Made by a program: the position numbers and the translations under genes
The notes under the pieces: generated by a model
Told to the model about the DNA's origin: nothing
The model's database searches: none
Seen by the model: the letters and a program-made list of their open reading frames with translations, nothing else
Source: an uncultured archaeon
Lineage (GTDB): Archaea; Asgardarchaeota; Lokiarchaeia; Sigyniarchaeales; SOKP01
DNA: 64,000 nt
NCBI GenBank assembly: GCA_964632315.1
Contig: CAZWEM010000001.1
Coordinates: forward strand, 112,060-176,059
Reading direction: 5' to 3'
Shown: positions 9,926 to 19,537 of the stretch, in pieces
How positions within the stretch are numbered: position 1 is the stretch's first letter
Layout of the letters: every line of letters begins with the position of its first letter

Positions 9926-11344
9926 TCATTTAGTCACACTTTTTAGAAGTGTTTTTGATTGGATTTCGATAATTTGTCCACATAAAGGACTAAAACACAT
10001 AAAAGGTTCATATCCTCCCTCGTCAATATATGTTTTCAAGGGGAAAAGATAACCAATCCAATCTTGGGAGTTTTGAAAAATAAAAGTATTTTTTTCAGAG
10101 GTTGGAGAAGATATTAAAATCCTTTTTCCTATCTCGTCAAATAATTCTCCGGGTATGGTCATAATTCCAAGATTCGGTCCTGATTGAGCCTTTAATATGA
10201 TGAATTGAATCACCGTTTCACAATATTTTCTTAAATTTCTACGTATAATCTTAAAAAATGGAAAATTGACGCTATCCTGATCAAATCGTGCTATTTTGAA
10301 TAGAAAATATTTTTTTATTGCCCATTTTAATGAATTTCCAAACCACGTTTTTGAAAAGTATCTCGCATCTTTCATTGGAATAGTTAAATTCTTAGAATAA
10401 TTCTTAAGCTTGAAATTTTCAATGTAGTCTTCCTCTTTTATAGAATTCGCTAATTTAAGAGATTCTTCAGCAATTGTAAATCCTATCTTTTTTGTGTGCT
10501 CATATGTTCCTAGCTGATCATAAGTCAATTTTTTGTCTTCCTCAATTTTCTTTAAATCTGTGCCCGAAGTGGTGATTGGATTTAAGTCTCCAGATGGTCC
10601 ATTAAAATATATACATTTAATAGAGTTATTAGTCAGTTCTTCAATTTTAGCGATTATCCTTCCGGGATAATCGGCAGACAATTTGTTATTTTTGAATGAT
10701 AAAGATGTTGGATGGCAAGCATAGTTAATGACTAAACCAATTATTTTTTCTTCGTTTAAACTTTTAAATGAGATTACTCCAAGGTAAGGCATTGTATTTC
10801 TTAACGGCCATCTACGATTCACGACTAAATTGGGATTAAACTCCTCTTTTTTCCATGCCCCTTTACATGGTTGTAAATTGTTCTTTAACCTTTCAACCAT
10901 TTGAGATATCCTATCAGACATCCAAATTATAAATTTGTCGTTTTTATTGTCTGCAAACATAACACCTTTAATAAATGCGAATGCTCCTCCTTGGTAATAA
11001 AACTCCCCTGTTAGGTCAAATGAGGAATGAGTATGAGTAGCATGGATAATTATATCATCTAGATGTAAAAAATTGACCCTATCAATAATCCTTTTCTTAA
11101 TATATTCTACTATGGAAAAGGGTAATTTAAGAATATCTACAGAAATTAATAATAAATGTTTTTCTTTATCCACTTCATCTTTGACCCTAAGTAAAACCCC
11201 ATAGGCATAAATATTATCTAATTTTCCTAAGCAACGCTCCTTTCGATCATATCCAGCTAAGGGTTTACCATAATAATCTTTTGGTGTAATATCTATCTTG
11301 TCAAAAGCAACCTTCATTAACTGTATTAAATTAATTGATTTCAA
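9926..11344 (-). CDS. Neutral/alkaline ceramidase-like amidohydrolase (likely start ATG 11317)
   Basis: DITP..PLAGY, HATHTHS, NYACHPT, SADYPG, NGPSGD, IPGELF, GGYE. Confidence 0.8.
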   Translation of the reverse strand: MKSINLIQLMKVAFDKIDITPKDYYGKPLAGYDRKERCLGKLDNIYAYGVLLRVKDEVDKEKHLLLISVDILKLPFSIVEYIKKRIIDRVNFLHLDDIIIHATHTHSSFDLTGEFYYQGGAFAFIKGVMFADNKNDKFIIWMSDRISQMVERLKNNLQPCKGAWKKEEFNPNLVVNRRWPLRNTMPYLGVISFKSLNEEKIIGLVINYACHPTSLSFKNNKLSADYPGRIIAKIEELTNNSIKCIYFNGPSGDLNPITTSGTDLKKIEEDKKLTYDQLGTYEHTKKIGFTIAEESLKLANSIKEEDYIENFKLKNYSKNLTIPMKDARYFSKTWFGNSLKWAIKKYFLFKIARFDQDSVNFPFFKIIRRNLRKYCETVIQFIILKAQSGPNLGIMTIPGELFDEIGKRILISSPTSEKNTFIFQNSQDWIGYLFPLKTYIDEGGYEPFMCFSPLCGQIIEIQSKTLLKSVTK

Positions 11345-11459
11345 AAATGTTATCTTTCAAAAGAAAATAGACTCTCTGATATCTTTTAGCAAAATTTTTA
11401 TTTTTTTAAATATTTGAATTATTAATTTCATTTTATTATTAAGAAGAGTCCTGTTTACG

Positions 11460-11747
11460 TTGAATAAATTAGAACTGTTAGGTATGGAAGGAACCATTGT
11501 AAATTATAAGCGTGGACGCCACGTTATACATCCAAAACATTGTATAATTGTATTTCCAGGAATAAAAACTAGGAAAGACGCAAATAAATTTATTGGTAGA
11601 ACTATTATTTGGACTAGTTCATCTGGAAAAGAATTGAAAGGAATTATTTCACGAGCCCATGGAAACAACGGCGCGATGAGGGCTCATTTTAAAGATGCAG
11701 GAGTTCCAGGACAGGCTTTAGGACAGAAAGTTAAAATTATAAAATAA
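11460..11747 (+). CDS. rpl35ae: 50S ribosomal protein L35Ae (eL33)
   Basis: GTIVNYKRGRH, GIISRAHGNNGAMRAHF, PGQALG. Confidence 0.92.
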   Translation: MNKLELLGMEGTIVNYKRGRHVIHPKHCIIVFPGIKTRKDANKFIGRTIIWTSSSGKELKGIISRAHGNNGAMRAHFKDAGVPGQALGQKVKIIK

Positions 11748-11947
11748 ATACTTACTTATTTTTGAGATTTTTTTGGAATTATTAAATGATCGAGAGTAAA
11801 TTCATTTCGTCTTAAAAAGGCTTTTTTAAGCTTTTAAAAGATATTACTCAAATAACATAACTATTGAAATTTAGAAAACCCTTCTAAAATTATGAAAACT
11901 GGAACTAAATTTTCTTCTTGATAACTTAAACTGGTTCAAATATAAAA

Positions 11948-13993
11948 ATGTCAGAACATAACTTACAAATCTGTCGATTTTGTCAAAGAAATATACAGTT
12001 GGCATACTATTGTGAAGATTGCGGAGTTAGTTGTTGTTCTGATTGCCTTCATGAGGAAAAAAATGAATATTTTATATGCCAAGACTGTAATTCCAAAAAT
12101 ATTGAGGCATCTGATTCTGGAAAGAAAAAGTATTGTAAAGAATGTGGTAGTGAAAACTTAACTCAATCAAGCCAATTACTAAAATCGTGCCCAAAATGTC
12201 ATTCCACATCAATAATAAATATATATGAGAAGAAGGAAGAATTAGAAAAGAGTTTCTTGAACTTAATTAAAAATGTACGAAATTTTTTAACTCCTTTCAG
12301 CGAATTAGTCAACTCAATGTATCAATTAAGGCAAATGATAAAAAATGCTAGAGCTCCCCCTATAAAATGCTTTCACTTTTCCAACCTTGAACCCGATTTG
12401 TTAGCTTTATTCAAATTACTTGTTTATGCTAAGGATAACTTCCATGAAAAGATTACAATTTTGTTCAATCATCTCTCACTGAATAAAGAATACTTTTTTG
12501 ATATTTATACTCAACCTAACGCCAATGTAATAATCATCGAGGGAATATTAGAGAATCTAACTATAAATTATGAATCAATTCAAGAGTATGTTTCGAATAA
12601 CGTTAAAACAATCAACTCAAGTTTAGATACAATAAAGAAAAATCTCAAGTTTATTGATAAAATAACTTATTATTTTGATACATATAAAAAGTATTTGAAT
12701 TTAGCAGAAGATGAAAAACCTATATATTCAATTCACGCTAAGCTAGCCAATGGCTTAAATACACATGATAAATACAAAAAAAGTAAAGGAGTACTTTTTA
12801 TTACCAACTTGGATTTATCTTTTGTACAATTTAGTGGGAGATTTAAAAAGAAAAAACAAGCGATTTTTAAAGCACCAGTAAATGATTTGATAAAAATTAG
12901 AGTACATGGAAAGGTTTTTAAGAAACTTTATATTGAATTTCCCTACGGGAGGTATGAATTCACTCTTCCTCCCAATTCTATAAATAAAGTATTAGATTAC
13001 ATTGTTTTAGCTCGAAATTTCGAAGATACAATAAAATTTGATGAAGATGCTGCACAAAAATTAGATGAAATTTATATTGATTTAAACGAAATCACAGCAT
13101 TTATTGAAGAGACTATAAATTCTTTTTTCAGTTTAAAATGTCAATACAATTCTGAGCATCAAAAGAGTGAACAACAACAGACAAATCAATATTTCCCGAA
13201 TTTTTCAAATCCACAAATAAGAAATAGTCCTAATCCCGCTTATATTAATACTTTTCAAAATGATATCAATAGGAATGCTTATAATCAAGAATTACCAAGA
13301 GCTTACTCAAGAGTGTATCCTCCTAACTCCTATATTTATCAACCTGGGATAAGAGCAGATAACTCTGATAACTATTATCAATATGGAAATAGAGAACCAT
13401 TATATAATAAATATGAAAGTAGATTTATCCCACAAACAATATTTAATCCTCAAAGAATCCAAAATTATGAATCTTTAAGGTATTCTTCACCTTATAATAT
13501 GCATTATCTCGATCCTGATGATAAAAATGTCTTAATGAAAAAATTAGAACAAGCAAATAAAAAGGGGCAATATGATCCTTATATGAGAAACCCCGCCGCT
13601 TATAGTCATGAATTGGAATCAAGTAATTTCCACGATAATAAATATTATAATGATTTCTCTAAAAATCATCTGTCTGAGTTATTTGATCATGGTGAATTCC
13701 TAAATAATCCAATTAAGATGCCTAAACGCTATTCTAAACAAGTAAGAGAAAAAAGTAAAGAGATGAGTGAATTAGAAAAGGAGAGATATGGATTAGATGA
13801 AACCTTAAAAGCATTAGACACGAAATTCGATCAAGGCGTCATTTCAGAAGTTGATTATTTTCGAACCTTCAAGAATCTACAAAAACAAATCTATGATATT
13901 GACCAAAAAATAGAATTACTGGGACAACAAATCGAAGATATGAACTTTAAGCCCCATTTAAAAGATATTGAAGGAAAACGTTATTTTTCTTAA
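11948..13993 (+). CDS. Multidomain protein: Zn fingers, coiled coil, PH-like domain, low-complexity linker, C-terminal steadiness-box-like domain (ESCRT-I Vps23/37-like)
   Basis: Six CxxC pairs at the N-terminus; GVLFITNLDLSF, which is PH/GRAM-like; a Y/N/P/Q-rich region; and LDETLKALDTKFDQGVISEVDYFRTFKNLQKQ, resembling the TSG101/Vps23 steadiness box. Converges on a Snf7-family gene. Confidence 0.6.
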   Translation: MSEHNLQICRFCQRNIQLAYYCEDCGVSCCSDCLHEEKNEYFICQDCNSKNIEASDSGKKKYCKECGSENLTQSSQLLKSCPKCHSTSIINIYEKKEELEKSFLNLIKNVRNFLTPFSELVNSMYQLRQMIKNARAPPIKCFHFSNLEPDLLALFKLLVYAKDNFHEKITILFNHLSLNKEYFFDIYTQPNANVIIIEGILENLTINYESIQEYVSNNVKTINSSLDTIKKNLKFIDKITYYFDTYKKYLNLAEDEKPIYSIHAKLANGLNTHDKYKKSKGVLFITNLDLSFVQFSGRFKKKKQAIFKAPVNDLIKIRVHGKVFKKLYIEFPYGRYEFTLPPNSINKVLDYIVLARNFEDTIKFDEDAAQKLDEIYIDLNEITAFIEETINSFFSLKCQYNSEHQKSEQQQTNQYFPNFSNPQIRNSPNPAYINTFQNDINRNAYNQELPRAYSRVYPPNSYIYQPGIRADNSDNYYQYGNREPLYNKYESRFIPQTIFNPQRIQNYESLRYSSPYNMHYLDPDDKNVLMKKLEQANKKGQYDPYMRNPAAYSHELESSNFHDNKYYNDFSKNHLSELFDHGEFLNNPIKMPKRYSKQVREKSKEMSELEKERYGLDETLKALDTKFDQGVISEVDYFRTFKNLQKQIYDIDQKIELLGQQIEDMNFKPHLKDIEGKRYFS

Positions 13994-14029
13994 AATAGAA
14001 GATAAATTATGAAAAGGAATTAACTATAA

Positions 14030-14680
14030 TTAAGATCCTTCTAATTCCTTCCTCAACTTTTCGATTTCATCCTCCAATTTCGCTTTTGTACGAATTTCAG
14101 GTTCTTCTTCATCATCAAATTCAGAAATGTATTGTAAATCATCTACAGGAACATCTGGTACTTGTCCACTCTGATCTAATAGCATTTCAGTTTCAAGTTG
14201 GTTAAGTTCATCTGTCACATCAATTGCTAGGTCAATTTCAGGATCTCCTGCTAATATCTCAGCAGATTCTTCTATCTCTGAAACGTAAGCCTCAGAATCT
14301 TCTGCTATTTCTGCTATTCTAGTGGGAGCTGCCTTTGTTGCAATTGTCTCTAATTCATCCCTAATTCCTCCCATTAAATCACCAGTCATCGAAATCATTT
14401 GTCCTTCTTCAATTGCTTCTATTTGCCTTTCAATTTTTGCTCGAATATTATTCGCTCTATCAACTTTTTGTTGATATTGTTTAAATTGAATCAAATAATT
14501 TTTAGCTCTCTCCCGCTCGCCTCTTTGTAAAGCAATTTTTGCGTTCTTTCGTGAAATTTCCGCTCTTTTATTATATGTTTTATTCGCTAATGCGATCTTC
14601 CGGATATGTGATTTTGCTTTTGTCACTAATTCTTCTTTTTCTTGGTCTTTTCGAGGGAATAATTTTTTTTTAAGTCCCAG
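14030..14680 (-). CDS. ESCRT-III Snf7/Vps20-class protein (proposed CTG start at 14680; ORF track starts at GTG 14626)
   Basis: Basic helical hairpin (AKIALQRGERERAKNYL), acidic C-terminal half, ELNQLETE, MIM2-like VPDVP and terminal MIM1-like LEDEIEKLRKEL. In-frame upstream extension (L)GLKKKLFPRKDQEKEEL. Confidence 0.85.
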   Translation of the reverse strand: MGLKKKLFPRKDQEKEELVTKAKSHIRKIALANKTYNKRAEISRKNAKIALQRGERERAKNYLIQFKQYQQKVDRANNIRAKIERQIEAIEEGQMISMTGDLMGGIRDELETIATKAAPTRIAEIAEDSEAYVSEIEESAEILAGDPEIDLAIDVTDELNQLETEMLLDQSGQVPDVPVDDLQYISEFDDEEEPEIRTKAKLEDEIEKLRKELEGS

Positions 14681-14745
14681 CTTGCTTCAACTCCATTAGG
14701 AAGTTTATTTTAATTAATTCTCTTTATTAATTATTAAGATAATTT

Positions 14746-14777
14746 TAACTTAAGAATTTATGTAACTTAAGAATTTA
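14746..14777. repeat. 15-bp direct repeat TAACTTAAGAATTTA x2 (period 17)
   Basis: Exact copies at 14746-14760 and 14763-14777 in the divergent ESCRT-III / dehydroquinate synthase intergenic region. Confidence 0.7.
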
Positions 14778-14828
14778 ATAATTATAATGTCTTTTGTATC
14801 AAAAAATCTTTTATAGACCAATGGTTGA

Positions 14829-15932
14829 TTGTGGATGAAAAAAATAATTCTTGATTTCCAAAAAAAGCAGCAAAAGTATAAGGAATTAGTTCAAGAAGCT
14901 TTTAATAATAACTTTCTTGATTTTTTAATCTCAAAGGACACATTTCAAGATTTTAAAGACATTGATCGTGTAAAAATATATTCCAAAGATAAAGCTTTAT
15001 CTCCCGACGTGCTAATTTGCGGTGATAATCAATCACTAAAGGAATCTATTCAATTTGATGATCAAAAGCTAGGATATTATAAAAAAATAAAGGAAAAAGA
15101 AGATGTGGATGATTTAATTTCAAAAAAAAACACTTTAGATTTTGTCTTCGTTTCAGCAGAAGACTGGAAAATCATCCCCTATGAAAATTTAATTGCTCAA
15201 ATGCAGGGAAGCAAAACTAAAATTATTGCAGAAGTGAGAGATCTTAATGAAGCAGAATTAATGTTAAACGTTTTAGAAGTTGGCGTGGATGGAATTCTTT
15301 TTTATCCAAATAGGATTAGTCAAATTTCAGAATTAAAGAGATTTATTCAGTCTTATCATCAAATTGATATGAAAACTGCAGAGATCATAAATATCCAGCA
15401 AATTTCTGAAGGAGAGAGAGTGTGCGTTGACACAAGTTCACTCCTACAACCAGGAGAAGGAATGTTGATTGGAAGTACTGCAAAAGGATTTGTATTGGTG
15501 CATGCTGAAGTTTTTGAAACTAAGTTCGTCTCATCGAGACCATTTAGAGTCAATGCGGGGGATGTTTCTGCATATATATTAGTGCCTTCAGAAAATTTAG
15601 AAACTTACTCAACTAAATATTTGAGTGAATTAAAAGGGGGAGATAAAGTGTTAATCGCGAATAAAAATGGAACTTATAGAATAGTTTCTGTAGCAAGAGT
15701 TAAAATAGAAACCAGACCAATGATCCGGTTTGAATTAATTTCTACACAACAGGATACTGAATTCAATATGAGCATCATATGCCAAAATGCAGAAACAATA
15801 AGATTGATTGATAAAGAGGGTAATGCTAAATCCGTAGTTGACATTAAAAAAGGTGATCAAGTATTGGTTCATATAGGTCCCGGAGCAACTCATTTTGGTA
15901 CTGCGATTGATGAGAAAATTATTGAGAAATAA
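14829..15932 (+). CDS. 3-dehydroquinate synthase type II (AroB')
   Basis: DWKIIPYENLIA, GERVCVDT, RPFRVNAG, YLSELKGG, KIETRP, QNAETIRL, THFG. Confidence 0.93.
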   Translation: MWMKKIILDFQKKQQKYKELVQEAFNNNFLDFLISKDTFQDFKDIDRVKIYSKDKALSPDVLICGDNQSLKESIQFDDQKLGYYKKIKEKEDVDDLISKKNTLDFVFVSAEDWKIIPYENLIAQMQGSKTKIIAEVRDLNEAELMLNVLEVGVDGILFYPNRISQISELKRFIQSYHQIDMKTAEIINIQQISEGERVCVDTSSLLQPGEGMLIGSTAKGFVLVHAEVFETKFVSSRPFRVNAGDVSAYILVPSENLETYSTKYLSELKGGDKVLIANKNGTYRIVSVARVKIETRPMIRFELISTQQDTEFNMSIICQNAETIRLIDKEGNAKSVVDIKKGDQVLVHIGPGATHFGTAIDEKIIEK

Positions 15933-15935
15933 ATT

Positions 15936-16394
15936 TTAATCCTCATATATAGCAAAAGTGCTTTTGCTCTCTTCTATTTTTACCTTAACTTGTTTGTCTT
16001 TATATTTTAGTTTTATTTGATCATGAATATATTTTGCAAGCAATTCGCTAGTTGTAGCTGATAATGGAAGAAACTTCACCTCTGCCAGGGGGAACATGTA
16101 CCTCTTTCCACTTTTTGTTGAAATATTAACAATATCATCTGAAATTTGAATTTCTAAATCTGTAGATTTTTCAGGAATTAAAATGAAATGATCTAATGGT
16201 TTAACTATTGCTTTTAACTCCTTTTTCAACTCAATAAAGTCGACGACGAAAAAATTGGGATCTAATTTTGAGGATATTTCCACCGATACGTAATAGTTAT
16301 GACCATGAAGCCTAGAACATTTTCGGGGTTCTTTAAGAAAATGACAAGCACTAAACTTTATTATATTTGATTCTATCACGACTTTATGTTTCAT
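15936..16394 (-). CDS. queD: 6-carboxy-5,6,7,8-tetrahydropterin synthase
   Basis: FSACHF, CSRLHGHNY, VDF, LDH, TTSELLA. Confidence 0.85.
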   Translation of the reverse strand: MKHKVVIESNIIKFSACHFLKEPRKCSRLHGHNYYVSVEISSKLDPNFFVVDFIELKKELKAIVKPLDHFILIPEKSTDLEIQISDDIVNISTKSGKRYMFPLAEVKFLPLSATTSELLAKYIHDQIKLKYKDKQVKVKIEESKSTFAIYED

Positions 16395-16577
16395 GTTGCT
16401 TCATACAACAATAAGGTTTGTTATGAATTGATTTTAAAAATTTATATATTTTGTCATTGAAATTCATAAATAGATTGAAAAAAATGAAGGTTAAGGTATT
16501 CTATATCTTATAATCATACTTTTTAAATGTCTAAGAATCAACTTCTAAAATATAATTCACAAATTTAGGTATTCATT

Positions 16578-18158
16578 ATGAATTCGAAGAGAATTGCTGT
16601 TTTAGGCGCTAATGGATATTTAGGAATAAATCTAACAAAGAAAGCCATTTCTCAAGGTTTGGATGTCCATGCGATTGTAAGAAGGGAAGAGGTAGTAAAA
16701 GGGTTAGAATTATTAGGTGCGAATGTGAGTATTGTTAAGGGATTTGAGATAGATTCTCTTAAAAAAATTTTTAATAATTCCGATGTTGTTTTTCACTTTG
16801 CTAATGTGGTATGTGGGACAAAAGAAATTTTTCAAAAAGTAAATGTAGAATCATTAAAGAACATTCTTGAGGCCTCAAGATTAGCTAACGTTTCAAGAAT
16901 CATCTACCCATCGGGATTGGGGGTCGATAAATATAACAAACTAGATTGGGCTAAGAACGAGTATTTTCGGACCAAATTTGAAGCAGAGAAGCTTATAAAA
17001 AATAACACGGTTCCTTATGTTATTTTCAGACCTTCTTACATTTTGGGACCAAATGATGAATTGATACCAGAGATAATTAATCAGATCGTCGATGGAGAGG
17101 TTATTATTGCTGGAGATGGAGATGTTCCTATGAAACCCATCTATCTAGATGATGCTTTGTCTGCCTTTCTGTCAGCAGCTTTTAATGAAAATTCAAAAAA
17201 TAAAAGCTATAATCTTGTTGGACCAAAAATAATAACCATGAATAATTTAGTAGAAATGGTAATAATTAAACTAGCTGAAGTAGGATTTAATGTTCCGAGA
17301 CCAAAAATTTCACATATTCCTTATGATCAAGCACCAGAAAAACTCGATCTCTGTATTGAGATGGTTGATGTTATGCGTTGTAATTTAACTCCTGATGGAG
17401 ATGAAACAGCAAAAGAATTAGGAATAAACTTGTCTCCCTTACAAAAAGCGATCGAATCTGCAATATTAGCAGAAATTGGCACAAAATCTAATGACTATAA
17501 TGATAAGAGGGCAATATTACTGCTTTCTGGGGGTATTGATTCTGCCACAAGTCTATATTGGGGAATCAAACAAGGATATGAGATTATAGCACTGTCTTTA
17601 CTATATAAGTGGCGAGCAAAAAATGAAATATTAGCTGCTAGAATGCTTGCGAAAAAAACTAAGATTAAGCTAATAGAAACATCAATTACTTTCATTGAAC
17701 AAGCCACTGATCTAAAAATGGAGGGCTATTCGATTCCTTCAGTGACGCAAGCTCCGCAAGGATTCATTCCTATGAAAAATTTAATATTTTATTCTTTAGC
17801 AGCTTATTTTGCGGAAGCTTATGGTTGTAAATTTATCATTGGAGGTCAGATTTCTACTGATACAAAAACTTTTCCAGATGCAACCCCTAATTTCTTTAAT
17901 CTTCTCTCTAATTTGATTAATAGCTCAAAACATAATTCAGATAAGAATAAGATAAAGATATTATTCCCCTTAATCGATTTAAATAAATCAAAAGTAGTCA
18001 AATTAGCAAAAGAAATGAAAGTACCTTTTGAGCATACTTGGAGTTGTTATGGTGATTTTACAAGACCTTGTAATAAATGCATACCTTGTATAAATAGAAA
18101 AAAAGCTTTTTTAGATAATAAATTAAAAGATCCAGACTTTAAAATAATTGAGAAATAA
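16578..18158 (+). CDS. queC: Fusion of an atypical SDR (NDUFA9-like NAD(P)-binding) and 7-cyano-7-deazaguanine synthase QueC
   Basis: N-half: GANGYLG, YFRTK, FRPSYILG. C-half: LLSGGIDS, IPMKNLIF, FPD, TWSCY-PCNKCIPC. One uninterrupted 526-aa ORF. Confidence 0.82.
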   Translation: MNSKRIAVLGANGYLGINLTKKAISQGLDVHAIVRREEVVKGLELLGANVSIVKGFEIDSLKKIFNNSDVVFHFANVVCGTKEIFQKVNVESLKNILEASRLANVSRIIYPSGLGVDKYNKLDWAKNEYFRTKFEAEKLIKNNTVPYVIFRPSYILGPNDELIPEIINQIVDGEVIIAGDGDVPMKPIYLDDALSAFLSAAFNENSKNKSYNLVGPKIITMNNLVEMVIIKLAEVGFNVPRPKISHIPYDQAPEKLDLCIEMVDVMRCNLTPDGDETAKELGINLSPLQKAIESAILAEIGTKSNDYNDKRAILLLSGGIDSATSLYWGIKQGYEIIALSLLYKWRAKNEILAARMLAKKTKIKLIETSITFIEQATDLKMEGYSIPSVTQAPQGFIPMKNLIFYSLAAYFAEAYGCKFIIGGQISTDTKTFPDATPNFFNLLSNLINSSKHNSDKNKIKILFPLIDLNKSKVVKLAKEMKVPFEHTWSCYGDFTRPCNKCIPCINRKKAFLDNKLKDPDFKIIEK

Positions 18159-18174
18159 TTGGTAGAATATTTTT

Positions 18175-19428
18175 ATGACAGTATATTGGGCTCCTTTGCT
18201 TCACATTTACCAACCCCCTACTCAAGATGCGAACGTACTTAAAAGTATCAATAAAGAATGCTATGAACCCTTATTCTCAATATTAAGCGATTATGATATT
18301 GCTAAGATTACATTGAACGTAAATGCAGTATTAATTGAATTACTTATTGAAAATGACTTATTCCCAACAATAGATCTCTTGAAAGATCTTGTGGCAGAAT
18401 CTAAACTAGAAATAACTGGTAATGCTAAGTATCATCCTATCCTCCCATTAATTCCTAAAAAAGAAGCTTACCATCAGATTGAAATTAATGAAGAGCTAAT
18501 AAAGAGAGAATTTGGAAACTCGTGGCAAAGAAAAGGATTTTTTCCTCCAGAAATGGCGATATCCCCAAAAATAGCTAATTATATCCAAGAATTAGGATAT
18601 AAATGGGTCATTCAGAGTGGTATAGCTTTTCCTGGGGAACAGTATAAAATTGACTGGCCTTTAAATCTCATCTATAATACCGAAAATGGATTACAATTAT
18701 TTTTTCGAGACGACATATTGAGCAATAAAATTTCTTTTAAAAACACTACTGCTAAGGAATTTGTAAATGACATTAAGAATTTGCATAAGAATAAGCAAAA
18801 ACAAGATAGTGATACTTATATAATAACAGCAATGGATGGTGAGACTTTTGGACATCATATCAAAAATTATGAAAACATTTTTTTAAAGAGGGTATTAGAT
18901 ATAATTTTAAGAGAGGATGACATCCAAATGTCATTCATAAGTAATTTAGATTCAAAATTTCCAATAAGCGACCAAAAAATTATTCCAAAAGAATCTAGTT
19001 GGAGCACCACTGGGCAGGATTTAGCAAATGGTATATTTTATCCTCTCTGGAATCACCCTAATAATAAAATTCATGTGTATTACTGGAAGATGGTAAGAAG
19101 CCTTACTCAATTGATGGACTTAACAGATGGTATAGATTTCACTGACAATTGGGAAGCTAAAAATTATCACACAACTGCTAGATGGTTTTATGATAAGAGC
19201 TTTTGTTCAGATACTACTTGGTGGGCAAATCCTCCAAATTTATGGAGTCCTAACATGATATATAAAGGCATAATCTTATTGATAAAAGCCGCATTAAATG
19301 CTCACTTAGCATTATTAAAAGCTAATATCAGGAAGGGAGAAGGATATTTTGATGCAATATTATATTATCATGGATTAATATTAATGGAAATTGCATCCAT
19401 GTCTCAATATCCTAAAAATAAACGTTAG
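18175..19428 (+). CDS. Glycoside hydrolase family 57
   Basis: HIYQP, YHPILPL, FFPPEM (nucleophile), DGETFGHH (acid/base), ESSW. Confidence 0.9.
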   Translation: MTVYWAPLLHIYQPPTQDANVLKSINKECYEPLFSILSDYDIAKITLNVNAVLIELLIENDLFPTIDLLKDLVAESKLEITGNAKYHPILPLIPKKEAYHQIEINEELIKREFGNSWQRKGFFPPEMAISPKIANYIQELGYKWVIQSGIAFPGEQYKIDWPLNLIYNTENGLQLFFRDDILSNKISFKNTTAKEFVNDIKNLHKNKQKQDSDTYIITAMDGETFGHHIKNYENIFLKRVLDIILREDDIQMSFISNLDSKFPISDQKIIPKESSWSTTGQDLANGIFYPLWNHPNNKIHVYYWKMVRSLTQLMDLTDGIDFTDNWEAKNYHTTARWFYDKSFCSDTTWWANPPNLWSPNMIYKGIILLIKAALNAHLALLKANIRKGEGYFDAILYYHGLILMEIASMSQYPKNKR

Positions 19429-19537
19429 AATATGAATTTCATAATGAAAAACTATAAAATTTGTACCACAATATCTTACAAAATGATTTATCAGAATAAT
19501 GCATTATATTTTAAATTCATAAATATTCCTAATAATT

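Noticed and set aside
11811-11840. Palindromes CTTAAAAAGGCTTTTTTAAG and CTTTTAAAAG upstream of the steadiness-box gene
   Set aside because: Made of A/T runs, so likely chance or a simple rpl35ae terminator.
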